Virus record (IMG/VR): IMGVR_UViG_3300046804_001132
Span: 8,091-72,090 of that record
Length of the DNA: 64,000 nt
Strand: one strand, 5' to 3'
DNA from: a virus
Under the pieces are notes generated by a model, which worked only from the letters and a program-made list of their open reading frames with translations, had not been told where the DNA came from and made no database searches. Positions 22,318 through 32,868 of the stretch are shown here, piece by piece (the stretch's first letter is position 1; each line of letters opens with the position of its first letter). Both the position numbers and the translations under genes were made by a program.

Positions 22318-22764
22318 ATGGCAAAAATACCCTTACCAGATCGCGGTCAGCCACTAGACGTAACCTATATTTATCAGGTTGCGAATGCTGTAAATGACAT
22401 TGCAAATCAGGTTTCTTCTGCAACATATAACTATACTTCTGTTTATACCAGAGATGGTGGAAAACAAGATACAAAAACAAGTGAAACAAGAATCATTGGC
22501 GGGTATATTGATATTACAAATAATGAAACTATTTCAACTGTAGGAACTACAAAAGAAAAGACATTCAACTTCCCCACAGACTTTAAGTACCCACCTATCG
22601 TTACAGCAACTGTGACAAACTTTTTGGGTACAGATGTTGGAAACGATGTTGCAGTTGTTATAAAAGAAGTAACAACTTCTGCTGTAACCGTTATTGTTAA
22701 GTTTAATAGAACTGGACAATTGACAACATCCGTAAATTTCATTGCAATCGGCATTCCCAATTAG
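22318..22764 (+). CDS. Tail fibre-like protein (H-type-lectin/gp53-like C-terminus)
   Basis: FPTDFKYPPIVTAT...VNFIAIG C-terminal motif; RBS AGGAG. Confidence 0.55.
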   Translation: MAKIPLPDRGQPLDVTYIYQVANAVNDIANQVSSATYNYTSVYTRDGGKQDTKTSETRIIGGYIDITNNETISTVGTTKEKTFNFPTDFKYPPIVTATVTNFLGTDVGNDVAVVIKEVTTSAVTVIVKFNRTGQLTTSVNFIAIGIPN

Positions 22765-22783
22765 TCTGATATAATTTAACGCT

Positions 22784-22978
22784 ATGTTATTCTGTAAGCG
22801 TTGTGGCGGCAGAATGTTTGTTGATCGCGCATACAACGCAATAAATCATATTGAAATATTTTGCGTGTGCTGTGGGCACCGCAAGTTTTACCATAACTTT
22901 GGACAAAATGACAAGGATGCTCAATGGCTGCTTATGATGGAGAAGAAGAAGGCGCTCGCGTCAATATCACCCCTATAA
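22784..22978 (+). CDS. Small zinc-ribbon protein
   Basis: CKRCGG...CVCCG; TATAAT just upstream. Confidence 0.6.
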   Translation: MLFCKRCGGRMFVDRAYNAINHIEIFCVCCGHRKFYHNFGQNDKDAQWLLMMEKKKALASISPL

Positions 22979-23466
22979 GAAGGCCAAGAAGGAAGACTTG
23001 GTTTCTTAATGGCGATCTAGTAAGAATTACCCATACATCTCGTGCCGCTGGTATTGTTACACTATACAACTGCACACAGGATAAAAAAATGACAACAACG
23101 GTGGTAGAATTTAGGAAGAAGAGAAAGCGTGCTTTCACGGTAACGGAAACTGCTCAACTTCTAAATTACCATAGAAAGAGTATGCCAAGATTAGTAAAAT
23201 CTGGACTAATCCCGCCACCAGTAGGAGAACTACCTGGAGGACAGGTAGCATTCCACTATCTGTCTTATTATTCAGAAGATACAATAATGGAAGCCAGAAA
23301 ACTTATGGCGCAAACACATCATGGCAAGGCAAGAAAAGACGGCCTAATAACAAATAACAAAGTTCCTACCGAACAAGAGTTGCGTTATGCAATGGGAGAT
23401 GCTATGATGGTGTACATAAAAAATGAACAGGGACAATTCATTCCTGTTTTCTCAGAAACACTCTAA
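22924..23466 (+). CDS. Helix-turn-helix DNA-binding protein (MerR/excisionase-like)
   Basis: FTVTETAQLLNYHRKSMPRLVKSGLIP motif. Confidence 0.6.
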   Translation: MAAYDGEEEGARVNITPIRRPRRKTWFLNGDLVRITHTSRAAGIVTLYNCTQDKKMTTTVVEFRKKRKRAFTVTETAQLLNYHRKSMPRLVKSGLIPPPVGELPGGQVAFHYLSYYSEDTIMEARKLMAQTHHGKARKDGLITNNKVPTEQELRYAMGDAMMVYIKNEQGQFIPVFSETL

Positions 23467-23480
23467 CAGAAAGGATCGCT

Positions 23481-23678
23481 ATGGAGCCAACTAAGGTTTC
23501 GTGGTCGCTTGGGTATACCCTAAACACAGGAAACTTCCAGTCGCTCAGACTGGATTGTCAGGTAAGTGATTATGTGCGAGATGATGAGACTACTAAGCAG
23601 GCATCAGATCGCGTTTATCAATTTGTAGAGACTCAACTTATTGAAAAGTTGAACGAGGCCAAGGAGGAACTGGCATGA
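23481..23678 (+). CDS. Conserved phage hypothetical protein
   Basis: GYTLNTGNFQSLRLD motif; RBS AAGGA. Confidence 0.6.
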   Translation: MEPTKVSWSLGYTLNTGNFQSLRLDCQVSDYVRDDETTKQASDRVYQFVETQLIEKLNEAKEELA

Positions 23679-23866
23679 GTAAGAAGAGATATGTAGCATA
23701 CGCAGAAGAGCCTCTGGTTCTCTGCTCCTATGGAAATACCCCAGCAGAGGCATTTAAGGAAATGTCTAAGATGCTGAAGGAAGTAGATGCAAAGTGGTTC
23801 TCAGGGGCAACGGTAAATGTCCTTGAGGATGACAAGGATAATTTTGCCGTAACAGTTTATATCTAA
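23675..23866 (+). CDS. Hypothetical protein
   Basis: ATGA overlap, RBS AGGAGG. Confidence 0.55.
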   Translation: MSKKRYVAYAEEPLVLCSYGNTPAEAFKEMSKMLKEVDAKWFSGATVNVLEDDKDNFAVTVYI

Positions 23867-23874
23867 GGAGCAAA

Positions 23875-24195
23875 GTGGTAGATCGCAAGGATAGGTTTGT
23901 TTTGCTAAGCCTATTTGAAAAGCATTGTAGGCTCAATGGCATGGAAAAGCCCAATCTTAATAAGAACAAGGAACAGTGGGCAGCAGATGCATTGCTTGAG
24001 TCATTTAGTCTTGACCAACTTGACAGTGCTATGAAATACTACTTCATGGTTAATTCCAAGCCAACATGGTCTTGGTATTCCAACAATGTAGACAAGATAA
24101 TTAATGCTGCTGAAGCCTATCGTCAAGATCAGGAACTGAGAGCAGAGATGAGGATAAGGGCAAAGGAGTGGCTAAGTGAGCAACGTAGAGGCTAA
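23875..24195 (+). CDS. Hypothetical protein (possible helicase loader)
   Basis: RBS AAGGAG; immediately upstream of DnaB. Confidence 0.45.
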   Translation: MVDRKDRFVLLSLFEKHCRLNGMEKPNLNKNKEQWAADALLESFSLDQLDSAMKYYFMVNSKPTWSWYSNNVDKIINAAEAYRQDQELRAEMRIRAKEWLSEQRRG

Positions 24196-25390
24196 GACAA
24201 TTTCAGCGGTACTAAATGACAAGCAGGTGCATGTGCTTCTGCAAGCAAATGTAGACACTCTTTTGCGTACTCATAATGATATCTGGGATTTTGTTCGTTC
24301 ATACTATGAGCAGAATCAAACTGTTCCACCAGTCAATATCATTAAGAATGAGTTTTCTGATTTTGAGTATTTCTCTGATACTGGTGCAACAAAGCATCAC
24401 CTTGAGCAGTTGAGGCAGGAATATCTTGAAGACAACATCAGGCTTATGCTCAGATCTGCTGCCTCAGATCTTCAGAGCGGTAGAAGCATTGATGCTCTCA
24501 ATAATCTCATTACTGAAACCGCAAACATTAAAAGGGTAACATCGACAGTACGAGATCTTGATGTTACCAATGTCGATGACGCTATTGCACATTTTGAGAG
24601 CATCAAGAAGATGCAGGAGGATGGAATTCATGGAATCTATACAGGACTCGCAGGATTTGACAACTATCTCCCAGCAGGCATCACGCCTGGGCAATTGGGA
24701 GTTCTTCTGGCTTATCCTGCTATCGGCAAGTCTTGGATGGCTCTTTATCTCGCTGTTCAGGCTTGGAAGAATGGAAAGTCGCCACTCATCGTATCCTTGG
24801 AAATGACTGAGGCAGAGGTACGAAATCGTATCTTTGCTATCATTGGTCAGGGTATGTGGAGTCATCGTAAACTCTCCAAGGGTGAAGTAGAAATAGATAT
24901 GTTTAAGAAGTGGATGCACAAGACATTTGATGGCAAGCCATCTCTTAATATTATTTCTAATGACGGTCTTGGCGAGGTATCTCCAAGCGTTCTACGAGGA
25001 AAGATTGATCAGTACAATCCAGACATTGTATTTATTGATTATCTAAACCTTATGACTTCAAATACAAAGACAGATAACGAAGTAGTAAAGATGAAGAATC
25101 TTTCTCGTGAACTAAAACTGCTTGCTATTTCTGAGAACATCCCACTGGTTGCTATTTCATCTGCCACACCAGACGATGTTACAGATATGAATAGTGTTCC
25201 AACACTAGGACAAACATCTTGGTCACGACAGATTGCATATGATGCTGACTGGCTACTTGCTCTTGGTCGTGCTCCTAACAGTGACGTTCTTGAGGCGGTA
25301 TTTAGAAAGAATCGTAATGGCTTCCTAGGCGAGTTTATGGTTCAGGTGGACTTTGATAGCGGAAGATTTATTTATAAAGATTTCGAATAA
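24176..25390 (+). CDS. dnaB: DnaB-like replicative helicase
   Basis: Walker A AYPAIGKS, SLEM, FIDYLNLM, IAYDAD, KNRNG. Confidence 0.9.
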   Translation: MSNVEAKTISAVLNDKQVHVLLQANVDTLLRTHNDIWDFVRSYYEQNQTVPPVNIIKNEFSDFEYFSDTGATKHHLEQLRQEYLEDNIRLMLRSAASDLQSGRSIDALNNLITETANIKRVTSTVRDLDVTNVDDAIAHFESIKKMQEDGIHGIYTGLAGFDNYLPAGITPGQLGVLLAYPAIGKSWMALYLAVQAWKNGKSPLIVSLEMTEAEVRNRIFAIIGQGMWSHRKLSKGEVEIDMFKKWMHKTFDGKPSLNIISNDGLGEVSPSVLRGKIDQYNPDIVFIDYLNLMTSNTKTDNEVVKMKNLSRELKLLAISENIPLVAISSATPDDVTDMNSVPTLGQTSWSRQIAYDADWLLALGRAPNSDVLEAVFRKNRNGFLGEFMVQVDFDSGRFIYKDFE

Positions 25391-25407
25391 CTTGATATAA
25401 TTAGGGC

Positions 25408-25725
25408 ATGGCTTTCATGCATAAAAGAATAAAAAGATTTCATCTTGAGGGAATGATCTATGATGATTCTGCTATACCAAGATTGCGTGAAAACTATATC
25501 AATTTATTGAACACATCAATGAGACTTGAGGGGTACGTTCCCCGCCTAGATATTGACCCAGATTTCTCAATAGAATACAATGGAACATCTTACAACTTTA
25601 TACTTAGCGTTTACGGATCATTTATTGGAAAAAGGAATGCCTCATGCATAGAAGGACTAGACAAGAACAGGGCGATATATACGCCCCAGAGCAAGTCAGA
25701 AGAGTCATCACAGGCGCAGGTTTAA
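25408..25725 (+). CDS. Conserved phage hypothetical protein
   Basis: ORF 6 nt after TATAAT. Confidence 0.55.
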   Translation: MAFMHKRIKRFHLEGMIYDDSAIPRLRENYINLLNTSMRLEGYVPRLDIDPDFSIEYNGTSYNFILSVYGSFIGKRNASCIEGLDKNRAIYTPQSKSEESSQAQV

Positions 25726-26588
25726 ATATACCTACTGAGTTTGAAGATGGCTATCTGATTTTTTGCCCCTATCACAACAATTACAGAACTCCTTCTGGAG
25801 TCATATCAAAGACCAGAGGAATCTTTAACTGTTTTTCTTGTCATGAGACTAGATCCCTAGTAGACCTAGTAATGTACCTTACTAAAAAGAATTACTTTCA
25901 AGCAATTAGATTCATTGACTCTATGGAAATTGAGTCAGATGTAGTGTCTATGATAGACAGTATGCTGAAGGTAGATCCAGTATTTGAACCCTATGATGAG
26001 TTGATGATTAAGAGGCTGCATTCTCAGGCTGTAAACTCTCCTAGGGCCATGCGTTACTATGAAGGGCGCAGAATATCAGAAGAATCTGTAAACAAGTTTT
26101 CTTTGGGGTACAGCGAGAATCAGGATATGGTTATTATTCCTATGATGGACCCTGCTGGAACTATGTTCGTTGGATTTGTTGCAAGAAGTGTTGAGGGCAA
26201 GGATTTCAAGAATACTCCTAAACTTCCCAAATCCAAGATACTTTTTAATCTTCATCGTGCTAAGAAATATGACACGGTGTATGTTGTTGAGTCATCTTTT
26301 GATGCAATTAGGCTAGATCAAAACGGTGTGGCAGCAGTTGCTACGCTTGGCGCAAGTGTTTCAAATGCACAGTGTGATCTGCTATTAAAGTATTTTAATA
26401 ACATTATCGTTGTTGGAGACAATGACGATGCTGGGAAAAATATGCAACAAAAGATACTTGACAAAGTTGGGAAGCGTGCTACACTTATTTCCATACCGTC
26501 ACGGTTCAAGGATATTGGCGACATGACAGACAATGATATCCATGAACTAACTACTCGGATTGACGACCCACTACTAGCGATGTATTAA
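25644..26588 (+). CDS. dnaG: DNA primase (zinc finger + TOPRIM)
   Basis: CPYH...CFSC zinc motif, VVESSFDA, GDNDDAG, KDIGD. Confidence 0.88.
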   Translation: MHRRTRQEQGDIYAPEQVRRVITGAGLNIPTEFEDGYLIFCPYHNNYRTPSGVISKTRGIFNCFSCHETRSLVDLVMYLTKKNYFQAIRFIDSMEIESDVVSMIDSMLKVDPVFEPYDELMIKRLHSQAVNSPRAMRYYEGRRISEESVNKFSLGYSENQDMVIIPMMDPAGTMFVGFVARSVEGKDFKNTPKLPKSKILFNLHRAKKYDTVYVVESSFDAIRLDQNGVAAVATLGASVSNAQCDLLLKYFNNIIVVGDNDDAGKNMQQKILDKVGKRATLISIPSRFKDIGDMTDNDIHELTTRIDDPLLAMY

Positions 26589-26598
26589 GGAGAGTATT

Positions 26599-27258
26599 AT
26601 GTCAGTTATTAAGGGACTAAAGAACATGAGTGCAATTATTGATAAGCCTCGTTTTGAGTCATCTGATGCACCAAAGGTGCGTTGGCTCAAGGTTGAGGAT
26701 AACCAGAGCATCAAGGTACGTTTTGTCAATGAACTTGATGAGGATTCACCAAACTATACGCCAGAGCGAGATATGGCGATTGTAGTTTCAGAGCATACCA
26801 ATCCAAAGGATTACAAGCGTAAGGCTATCTGTACCATTGATACAGAGGGTCGCTGCTTTGGATGTGAGATGGCTCGCAAGGAGCCTAAGAGCGGGTGGCG
26901 TGCTAAGTTGCGCTTCTACACAAACCTGCTTGTTGATGATGGAATTGAGGACCCATACGTTGCCGTATGGTCACAGGGTGTTGGAAAGCAGTCTGCTTTT
27001 AACACTATCCGTGAGTATGTCATGGATACTGGAAGCGTAAGCAACCTCACTTGGAGGATGAAGCGTCAGGGAACTGGCACAGATACCACCTACGTTCTCC
27101 TTCCAACAAGTCCTGACAAGGAGCCATTCAATTGGTCTGGAGTTGAGCCATACAACCTTGAGAAGGTTGTTCGTGAGGTTCCATATGCAGAGCAGGAGTC
27201 CTACTATCTAGGATTTGATGGTCCTGCATCTGTTAATACCAGCAACATTAACTGGTAA
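26599..27258 (+). CDS. Single-stranded DNA-binding protein (gp32-like)
   Basis: Between primase and polymerase; HTNP..C..C zinc motif; KRQGTGTDTTY. Confidence 0.7.
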   Translation: MSVIKGLKNMSAIIDKPRFESSDAPKVRWLKVEDNQSIKVRFVNELDEDSPNYTPERDMAIVVSEHTNPKDYKRKAICTIDTEGRCFGCEMARKEPKSGWRAKLRFYTNLLVDDGIEDPYVAVWSQGVGKQSAFNTIREYVMDTGSVSNLTWRMKRQGTGTDTTYVLLPTSPDKEPFNWSGVEPYNLEKVVREVPYAEQESYYLGFDGPASVNTSNINW

Positions 27259-27327
27259 TTGACTGGTGGGGGTGGAAGTCACTACCCCACCCCCACCCTC
27301 CATTTGTAAACTACTGAAAGGATTATC

Positions 27328-30300
27328 TTGTCTAACTTTGTTCCATTGCATGTTCACACACACTTTAGCCAGATGGATGGGGTGGCTACACCAGAAGAAT
27401 ATATTAGTCGTGCGGTAGAGGTAGGGATGCCTGCTATTGCAATTACAGATCATGGAACATTGTCAGGCCACAGGCCAATGTATCGTGCTGCCAAAGCAGC
27501 AGGAATAAAGCCAATTCTTGGCGTAGAGGGATACATTACAGCAGATCGTTTCGACAAGAGAGATAAGTCTGAAAGAACGACTCCCCTTGACATGGTGTAT
27601 AACCATATTATTATTCTTGCCAAGAATGATCAGGGTCTTGAGAATCTTGGAAAACTCAATGAGATTTCTTGGACTGAAGGATACTACCGTAAGCCTCGTA
27701 TTGACTTTGAGGTACTGGAGAAGTATCGTGAGGGACTTATTATTTCCTCTGCTTGCATGTCTGGTCTAATTAATAAGGCTATTGAGGTAGATGATTATGC
27801 TGTTGCAAAGCAGCATCTAAAGTGGTTCTCTGATAGATTTGGAGATGACTTTTATGTAGAGGTAATGCCTCACAATCCACCAGAGATCAACAAGGCTTTG
27901 GTGGAACTTGCTGATGCAGCAGGACATAAGATCATCGTTACCCCAGACTGTCACCATGCCACGGTAGATCAGAAGGTCATTCAGGAAATGATGCTTATCC
28001 TTAATACTCATGCCAAACTTGAGAAGGATATTTCATATGACAAGTCTGTAAAGTATGCAGATATGATGGACAGGCTTGACTACCTTTATGGTAAAGATCG
28101 AATGATGAGTTTTAATAAGTTTGATATTCATCTTCTGTCTGCTGATGAGATGCGTATCGCTATGGAAGAAAACGGAGGATTCCGTGATGATATGTTTGCT
28201 AATACGCTGGAAGTATCGAATAAAGTTGAAGACTATACAATTAGTCGCAATCTCAATCTGCTTCCTGTCGAACACAGAGATCCTGATAAAGAGATTAGGG
28301 ATCAGTGTCTACGGTTCCTTAAGGAAAAGAATCTTGATTCTACGGAATATCTAGATCGCCTAGAAGAGGAACTTTCAGTAATCAAGAATAAGAAGTTTGC
28401 GTCATACTTCATCGTTGTTCGTAATATGCTTACATGGGCAAAGAAGAATGGCATCATGGTAGGACCAGGCCGTGGATCTAGCGCAGGATCTCTTGTGTGC
28501 TATGCCCTTGGTATTACTGATATTGATCCTATTAAGTATGGTCTGCTATTCTTCCGATTCATTGATATTGATCGTGATGATTTCCCTGACGTAGATTCAG
28601 ATATTCAGGACAGCCGTCGTGAAGAGGTAAAGGATTACCTAGAAAGGCAGTATAGACATGTCGCTTCAATTGCCACCTTCCTACAGTTCAAGGACAAGGG
28701 AGTCGTGCGAGATGTGGCTCGTTGCCTCAATGTTCCACTCTCTGATGTTAATCGTGCGCTTAAGGCAGTGGATACATGGGAGGAATATCTAACATCCAAG
28801 AACATTGCATGGTTCCGCGAAAAGTACCCAGAGATTGAGCAGTATGGTGATCAGTTGCGTGGTCGTATTCGCGGTACTGGTATTCATGCCGCAGGAGTTG
28901 TAACATCTAAGATTCCAATTTCCAAGGTAGCGCCTATGGAAACAAGATCAGTTACAGGACAGGATAATAGAATCCCTGTTGTCGCTGTTGATATGGAAGA
29001 AGCAGCAGATATTGGTCTTATTAAGATTGATGCACTAGGACTCAAGACTCTTACTGTTCTTAATGATGCGCTAAAGATTATTGAGGATAGGCATGGCAAA
29101 AAGATTGATCTAGAAAAGATTGATCTAGAAGATAAGAATATCTATGACATGCTTTCTAATGGATACACCAAGGGTGTGTTCCAGTGTGAAGCAGCCCCCT
29201 ATACCAATCTATTGGTTAAGATGGGTGTAAGCAAGTTTGATGAACTTGTTGCATCTAATGCTCTTGTTCGTCCTGGTGCTATGAATACTATTGGCAAGGA
29301 GTATATTGCTCGTAAGCGAGGTACTAGTGGCATTGTTTATAGTAATACTATTCTAAAAGAATTCACAGAAGACACATATGGGTGTATCCTATACCAAGAG
29401 CAAGTTATGCTCGCCTGTCAGCGTCTTGGAGGCATGACAATGGGTGAGGCTAACAAGGTTCGAAAGATCATTGGTAAGAAGAAGGATGCTAAAGAGTTTG
29501 ATGAATTCAAGGAGTTATTTATTCGGAATGCGACTGGGCCACTTGGTGGGGCGGCTGCTGAGAAGATGTGGCATGATTTTGAGGCCCACGCAGGGTACTC
29601 GTTCAATAAGTCTCATGCGGTCGCTTACTCAACTCTGTCGTACTGGACAGCATGGCTCAAGTACTACTATCCGCTAGAATTTATCTTTGCTCTTCTTAAC
29701 AATGAGAAGGACAAGGATACTCGTACAGAGTATTTGATTGAGGCAAAGCGTATTGGAATTCCTCTACGCCTTCCCCATATCAATGACTCTGATATTGATT
29801 TTAAAATAGAAGGGAAGGGAATTCGTTTTGGGCTGGGGTCAATTAAGTTCATTTCTGATAAAATCGCTGATAGATATATCTCTGCACGTCCTTTCACTTC
29901 CTTTGCAGCCGTTCAAGAATTCACATTTACAAAAGGAAATGGAGTTAACAGTAGAGCATTGGAAGCAATGAGGTCTGTAGGTGCTCTAACATTTCCAGAT
30001 AATCCTCGTAATGATGATGAGGTTAAGCAAAATATGTACGAATATCTTAACCTGCCAGAATTCAATATTCAGATTCCACAGCATTATCATGCCTACATTA
30101 GTCCTGTAGATGATTTTGATGAGAAGGGTGCCTTTATTCTGATGGGTGTTGTTCGTGCAATAAAGCGTGGCAAGGGATGGAGCCGTGTAGAAATTCTAGA
30201 CGGTACTGGATCAGTAGGAGTGTTTGATGAAGAAGAGACTGCTATCGAAGCAGGTAGGACTTACATTATTCTTGTTGGATCTAACAGAATTGTGGAAGCA

Positions 30301-30600
30301 GTTCCTGTTGACCAACTACAGGAAAGCAAGTCTCCGCTTGTTAGATTCTTAAACTATAAGCAACTACCTTATGGTCAAGATGAGTATTATGTGCTATCCT
30401 TTAAGCCTCGTATCACTAAGGCTGGCAAGAGAATGGCTAGTCTAGTAGTGGCTGATAGCGGAAGAGAACTTATGTCGATGATTGTATTTCCATCAACATT
30501 TGCAATGGCTTACACTCGCATTGAAGAGGGTAATGCATATAAGATTAATTACAGTGTCTCAAAAGATGAGGACTTAGTATTTCAGGAGGTAGTAGCATGA
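27328..30600 (+). CDS. dnaE: DNA polymerase III alpha subunit
   Basis: PHP HVHTHFS/ITDHG, GPGRGSSAGS, PDVDSD, HAAGVV, KIDALGL, YSFNKSHAVAY. Confidence 0.95.
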   Translation: MSNFVPLHVHTHFSQMDGVATPEEYISRAVEVGMPAIAITDHGTLSGHRPMYRAAKAAGIKPILGVEGYITADRFDKRDKSERTTPLDMVYNHIIILAKNDQGLENLGKLNEISWTEGYYRKPRIDFEVLEKYREGLIISSACMSGLINKAIEVDDYAVAKQHLKWFSDRFGDDFYVEVMPHNPPEINKALVELADAAGHKIIVTPDCHHATVDQKVIQEMMLILNTHAKLEKDISYDKSVKYADMMDRLDYLYGKDRMMSFNKFDIHLLSADEMRIAMEENGGFRDDMFANTLEVSNKVEDYTISRNLNLLPVEHRDPDKEIRDQCLRFLKEKNLDSTEYLDRLEEELSVIKNKKFASYFIVVRNMLTWAKKNGIMVGPGRGSSAGSLVCYALGITDIDPIKYGLLFFRFIDIDRDDFPDVDSDIQDSRREEVKDYLERQYRHVASIATFLQFKDKGVVRDVARCLNVPLSDVNRALKAVDTWEEYLTSKNIAWFREKYPEIEQYGDQLRGRIRGTGIHAAGVVTSKIPISKVAPMETRSVTGQDNRIPVVAVDMEEAADIGLIKIDALGLKTLTVLNDALKIIEDRHGKKIDLEKIDLEDKNIYDMLSNGYTKGVFQCEAAPYTNLLVKMGVSKFDELVASNALVRPGAMNTIGKEYIARKRGTSGIVYSNTILKEFTEDTYGCILYQEQVMLACQRLGGMTMGEANKVRKIIGKKKDAKEFDEFKELFIRNATGPLGGAAAEKMWHDFEAHAGYSFNKSHAVAYSTLSYWTAWLKYYYPLEFIFALLNNEKDKDTRTEYLIEAKRIGIPLRLPHINDSDIDFKIEGKGIRFGLGSIKFISDKIADRYISARPFTSFAAVQEFTFTKGNGVNSRALEAMRSVGALTFPDNPRNDDEVKQNMYEYLNLPEFNIQIPQHYHAYISPVDDFDEKGAFILMGVVRAIKRGKGWSRVEILDGTGSVGVFDEEETAIEAGRTYIILVGSNRIVEAVPVDQLQESKSPLVRFLNYKQLPYGQDEYYVLSFKPRITKAGKRMASLVVADSGRELMSMIVFPSTFAMAYTRIEEGNAYKINYSVSKDEDLVFQEVVA

Positions 30601-30935
30601 ACACAGTAAATCTAGATGCAGAATCAAAGCGTTTGCATGACAACGCTGTAGACAAAGGCTTTTGGGAACCAAACAATAAGGATACTCATACAATCTTCTA
30701 TCTCAAGCAGATTGCTATGATTCATTCAGAATGTTCAGAGGTTCTTGAGGCAATTCGCAAGAGCAAGGGCGATCAGCAGGTTGTTGAAGAACTTGCAGAC
30801 ATTATCATTCGAACCTTGGATCTTTATTGGGGTCTTAAGGAAGATGGCTATACAGATATTTCTCTTCACGATACTTATCTAGACAAGACTGCATATAATG
30901 AGCAGCGTGCAAGAATGCACGGGGTATTGGCGTAG
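30597..30935 (+). CDS. MazG-like nucleotide pyrophosphohydrolase
   Basis: HSECSEVLEA...EELADIIIR motif. Confidence 0.8.
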   Translation: MNTVNLDAESKRLHDNAVDKGFWEPNNKDTHTIFYLKQIAMIHSECSEVLEAIRKSKGDQQVVEELADIIIRTLDLYWGLKEDGYTDISLHDTYLDKTAYNEQRARMHGVLA

Positions 30936-30936
30936 T

Positions 30937-31347
30937 ATGGAAAAGTTCTACAGCAAAGCAATTGAGCAAGGTGATTGCATTGTTTGGACGGCTGCAAAAA
31001 ATGTAGAAGGCTATGGTAGATTTCACTATAACGGTAAGTTTTGGATGGCCCACAGGTTATCGTGGACCTTGGAGGTTGGAGAGATTCCTGATGGAATGCA
31101 TGTTCTACATAAATGCGATAATCCACCATGCATAAATGTTAATCATTTATTTTTAGGAACAAATTCAGATAACGTTGCCGACAAGGTATCAAAAAATCGT
31201 CAAGCAAGGAATTATAAGACACATTGCAAAAATGGTCATGAATATAAAAAGGAGAACACTTTGATCCGAAAGCAGGGATGGAAAGAATGCAGAACGTGTA
31301 TAAGATTAAATCAGCGTGAGGCAAGAAAAAGAAGGATTTCAGGATGA
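30937..31347 (+). CDS. Free-standing HNH endonuclease
   Basis: AHR..VLHKCDNPPCINVNHL..GT..DN; C-terminal THCKNGH..CRTC. Confidence 0.85.
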   Translation: MEKFYSKAIEQGDCIVWTAAKNVEGYGRFHYNGKFWMAHRLSWTLEVGEIPDGMHVLHKCDNPPCINVNHLFLGTNSDNVADKVSKNRQARNYKTHCKNGHEYKKENTLIRKQGWKECRTCIRLNQREARKRRISG

Positions 31348-32360
31348 CAAACGTTGATGAGATCCTTGCACAACTTAATCCTAAGTTGCGTAAGAAGATT
31401 TCCCTTGGTTCTGAGATTGAGCAAACTCAGTTTGCCAGAACTCCTAGTTATGGACTAAATCGTGCTCTAAATGGAGGCTTTCCCTATGGCCGACAGGTAT
31501 TGGTATGGGGAAATAAGTCTGCTGGCAAGTCATCATTCTGCCTACAGATCATTGCTGAAGCACAGAAAGAAGGTAAGGTATGTGCATGGATCGACGCAGA
31601 GATGACGTACTCCCCAGAATGGGCTGCACAACTAGGCGTAGACAGTACAAAATTAATTCATTCGACTGCTCGTACCATAAACGATATGGTAGATGTTGGT
31701 ACGGATTTCATGAAGGCTGGTGTTGATGTTATCGTTGTTGATAGTATCTCTGCCCTTCTTCCTGCTATCTATTTTGAGAAGGACTCAACAGAACTAAAGC
31801 AGTTGGAGAATACCAAGCAAATTGGTGCTGAAGCCAGAGACATGACCAATGCAGTCAAGATGCTTAACTATTCTAATAATCAGGTAAAGCCAACGCTGCT
31901 GATCCTTATTAGTCAGGCTCGTAATAATATTGGTGCCATGTATGTGTCACAGCAACCTACTGGCGGTATGGCTACGAAGTTCTACTCATCCACTATTATC
32001 AAACTATTTTCATCAGAATCAGATAATCAAGCGATCAAGGGAAAGATATATGTCGGAGACAAGATCATTGAAGAAAAGATTGGCAGGAAGGTTCGCTGGG
32101 ATGTTCAGTTCTCTAAGACTAGCCCAGCATTCCAGACTGGAGAATACGACTTCTACTTCAGAGGACCAGACCTTGGAGTGGATTCAGTTGCAGACCTTGT
32201 TGATACAGCAGAAATGCTTGGCTTCATTGAACGTGGTGGAGCATGGTATACAGTCGAAGGTGAACGCTTCCAAGGTAGGGAAAAGTTAGTGGCTGGTATT
32301 AAGGAAAATCTTGATCTTCAGGAACTACTAATCAGCAAGGTATCTAGTGAACAAGTATAG
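31344..32360 (+). CDS. recA: RecA/UvsX-like recombinase
   Basis: GNKSAGKS, WIDAE, VVDSISAL, GGAWY. Confidence 0.9.
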   Translation: MTNVDEILAQLNPKLRKKISLGSEIEQTQFARTPSYGLNRALNGGFPYGRQVLVWGNKSAGKSSFCLQIIAEAQKEGKVCAWIDAEMTYSPEWAAQLGVDSTKLIHSTARTINDMVDVGTDFMKAGVDVIVVDSISALLPAIYFEKDSTELKQLENTKQIGAEARDMTNAVKMLNYSNNQVKPTLLILISQARNNIGAMYVSQQPTGGMATKFYSSTIIKLFSSESDNQAIKGKIYVGDKIIEEKIGRKVRWDVQFSKTSPAFQTGEYDFYFRGPDLGVDSVADLVDTAEMLGFIERGGAWYTVEGERFQGREKLVAGIKENLDLQELLISKVSSEQV

Positions 32361-32502
32361 TCTCTATCGTGGTAGATTTGTTTGTCATAAGTGTAAGTCT
32401 GAAGTAGAGAAGGCAAGATTCTGGTACGACACAATGGATCTTACTTGGCAATGTGAATGCAAATATATTTCCAAGGTTGCTCTCGTAGGTAGGAATTACT
32501 AA
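32347..32502 (+). CDS. Small zinc-ribbon protein (51 aa, not in ORF track)
   Basis: GTG start; VNKYSLYRGRFVCHKC...WQCEC. Confidence 0.55.
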   Translation: MNKYSLYRGRFVCHKCKSEVEKARFWYDTMDLTWQCECKYISKVALVGRNY

Positions 32503-32571
32503 TGGCTGGAAGTTTGTTCGTTAGTGCTTTGTTCTGCTTCTTTATTGCAGTCATCTTGGATGGTGATTTCA

Positions 32572-32868
32572 ATGAGTGAGCGTGGAGAAGCAAAAAGAAT
32601 AAACGCACGGCTTCATAAGAATTCTGGAAGAAACTATACCAAGGGCGATGCCACTTGGAGAGACTATGTTGTTGACTTTAAAGAATATGCAAAAAGTTTT
32701 AGTATCAATCAAGATGTTTGGGCTAAAGTTGTAACGGATTGCATGAAAGTTGATAAGTCAAAATCTCCCGCCATTATACTGGTGCTTGGAGAGGGAAACA
32801 ATAAGATTAGGCTAGCCGTGATAGAATTAGACGAATTAGAAAGGCTAACAGATGACAACGACTCTTGA
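32572..32868 (+). CDS. Holliday junction resolvase-like PD-(D/E)XK nuclease
   Basis: SG...KGDA...VDFKE motif; RBS GGTGA. Confidence 0.65.
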   Translation: MSERGEAKRINARLHKNSGRNYTKGDATWRDYVVDFKEYAKSFSINQDVWAKVVTDCMKVDKSKSPAIILVLGEGNNKIRLAVIELDELERLTDDNDS

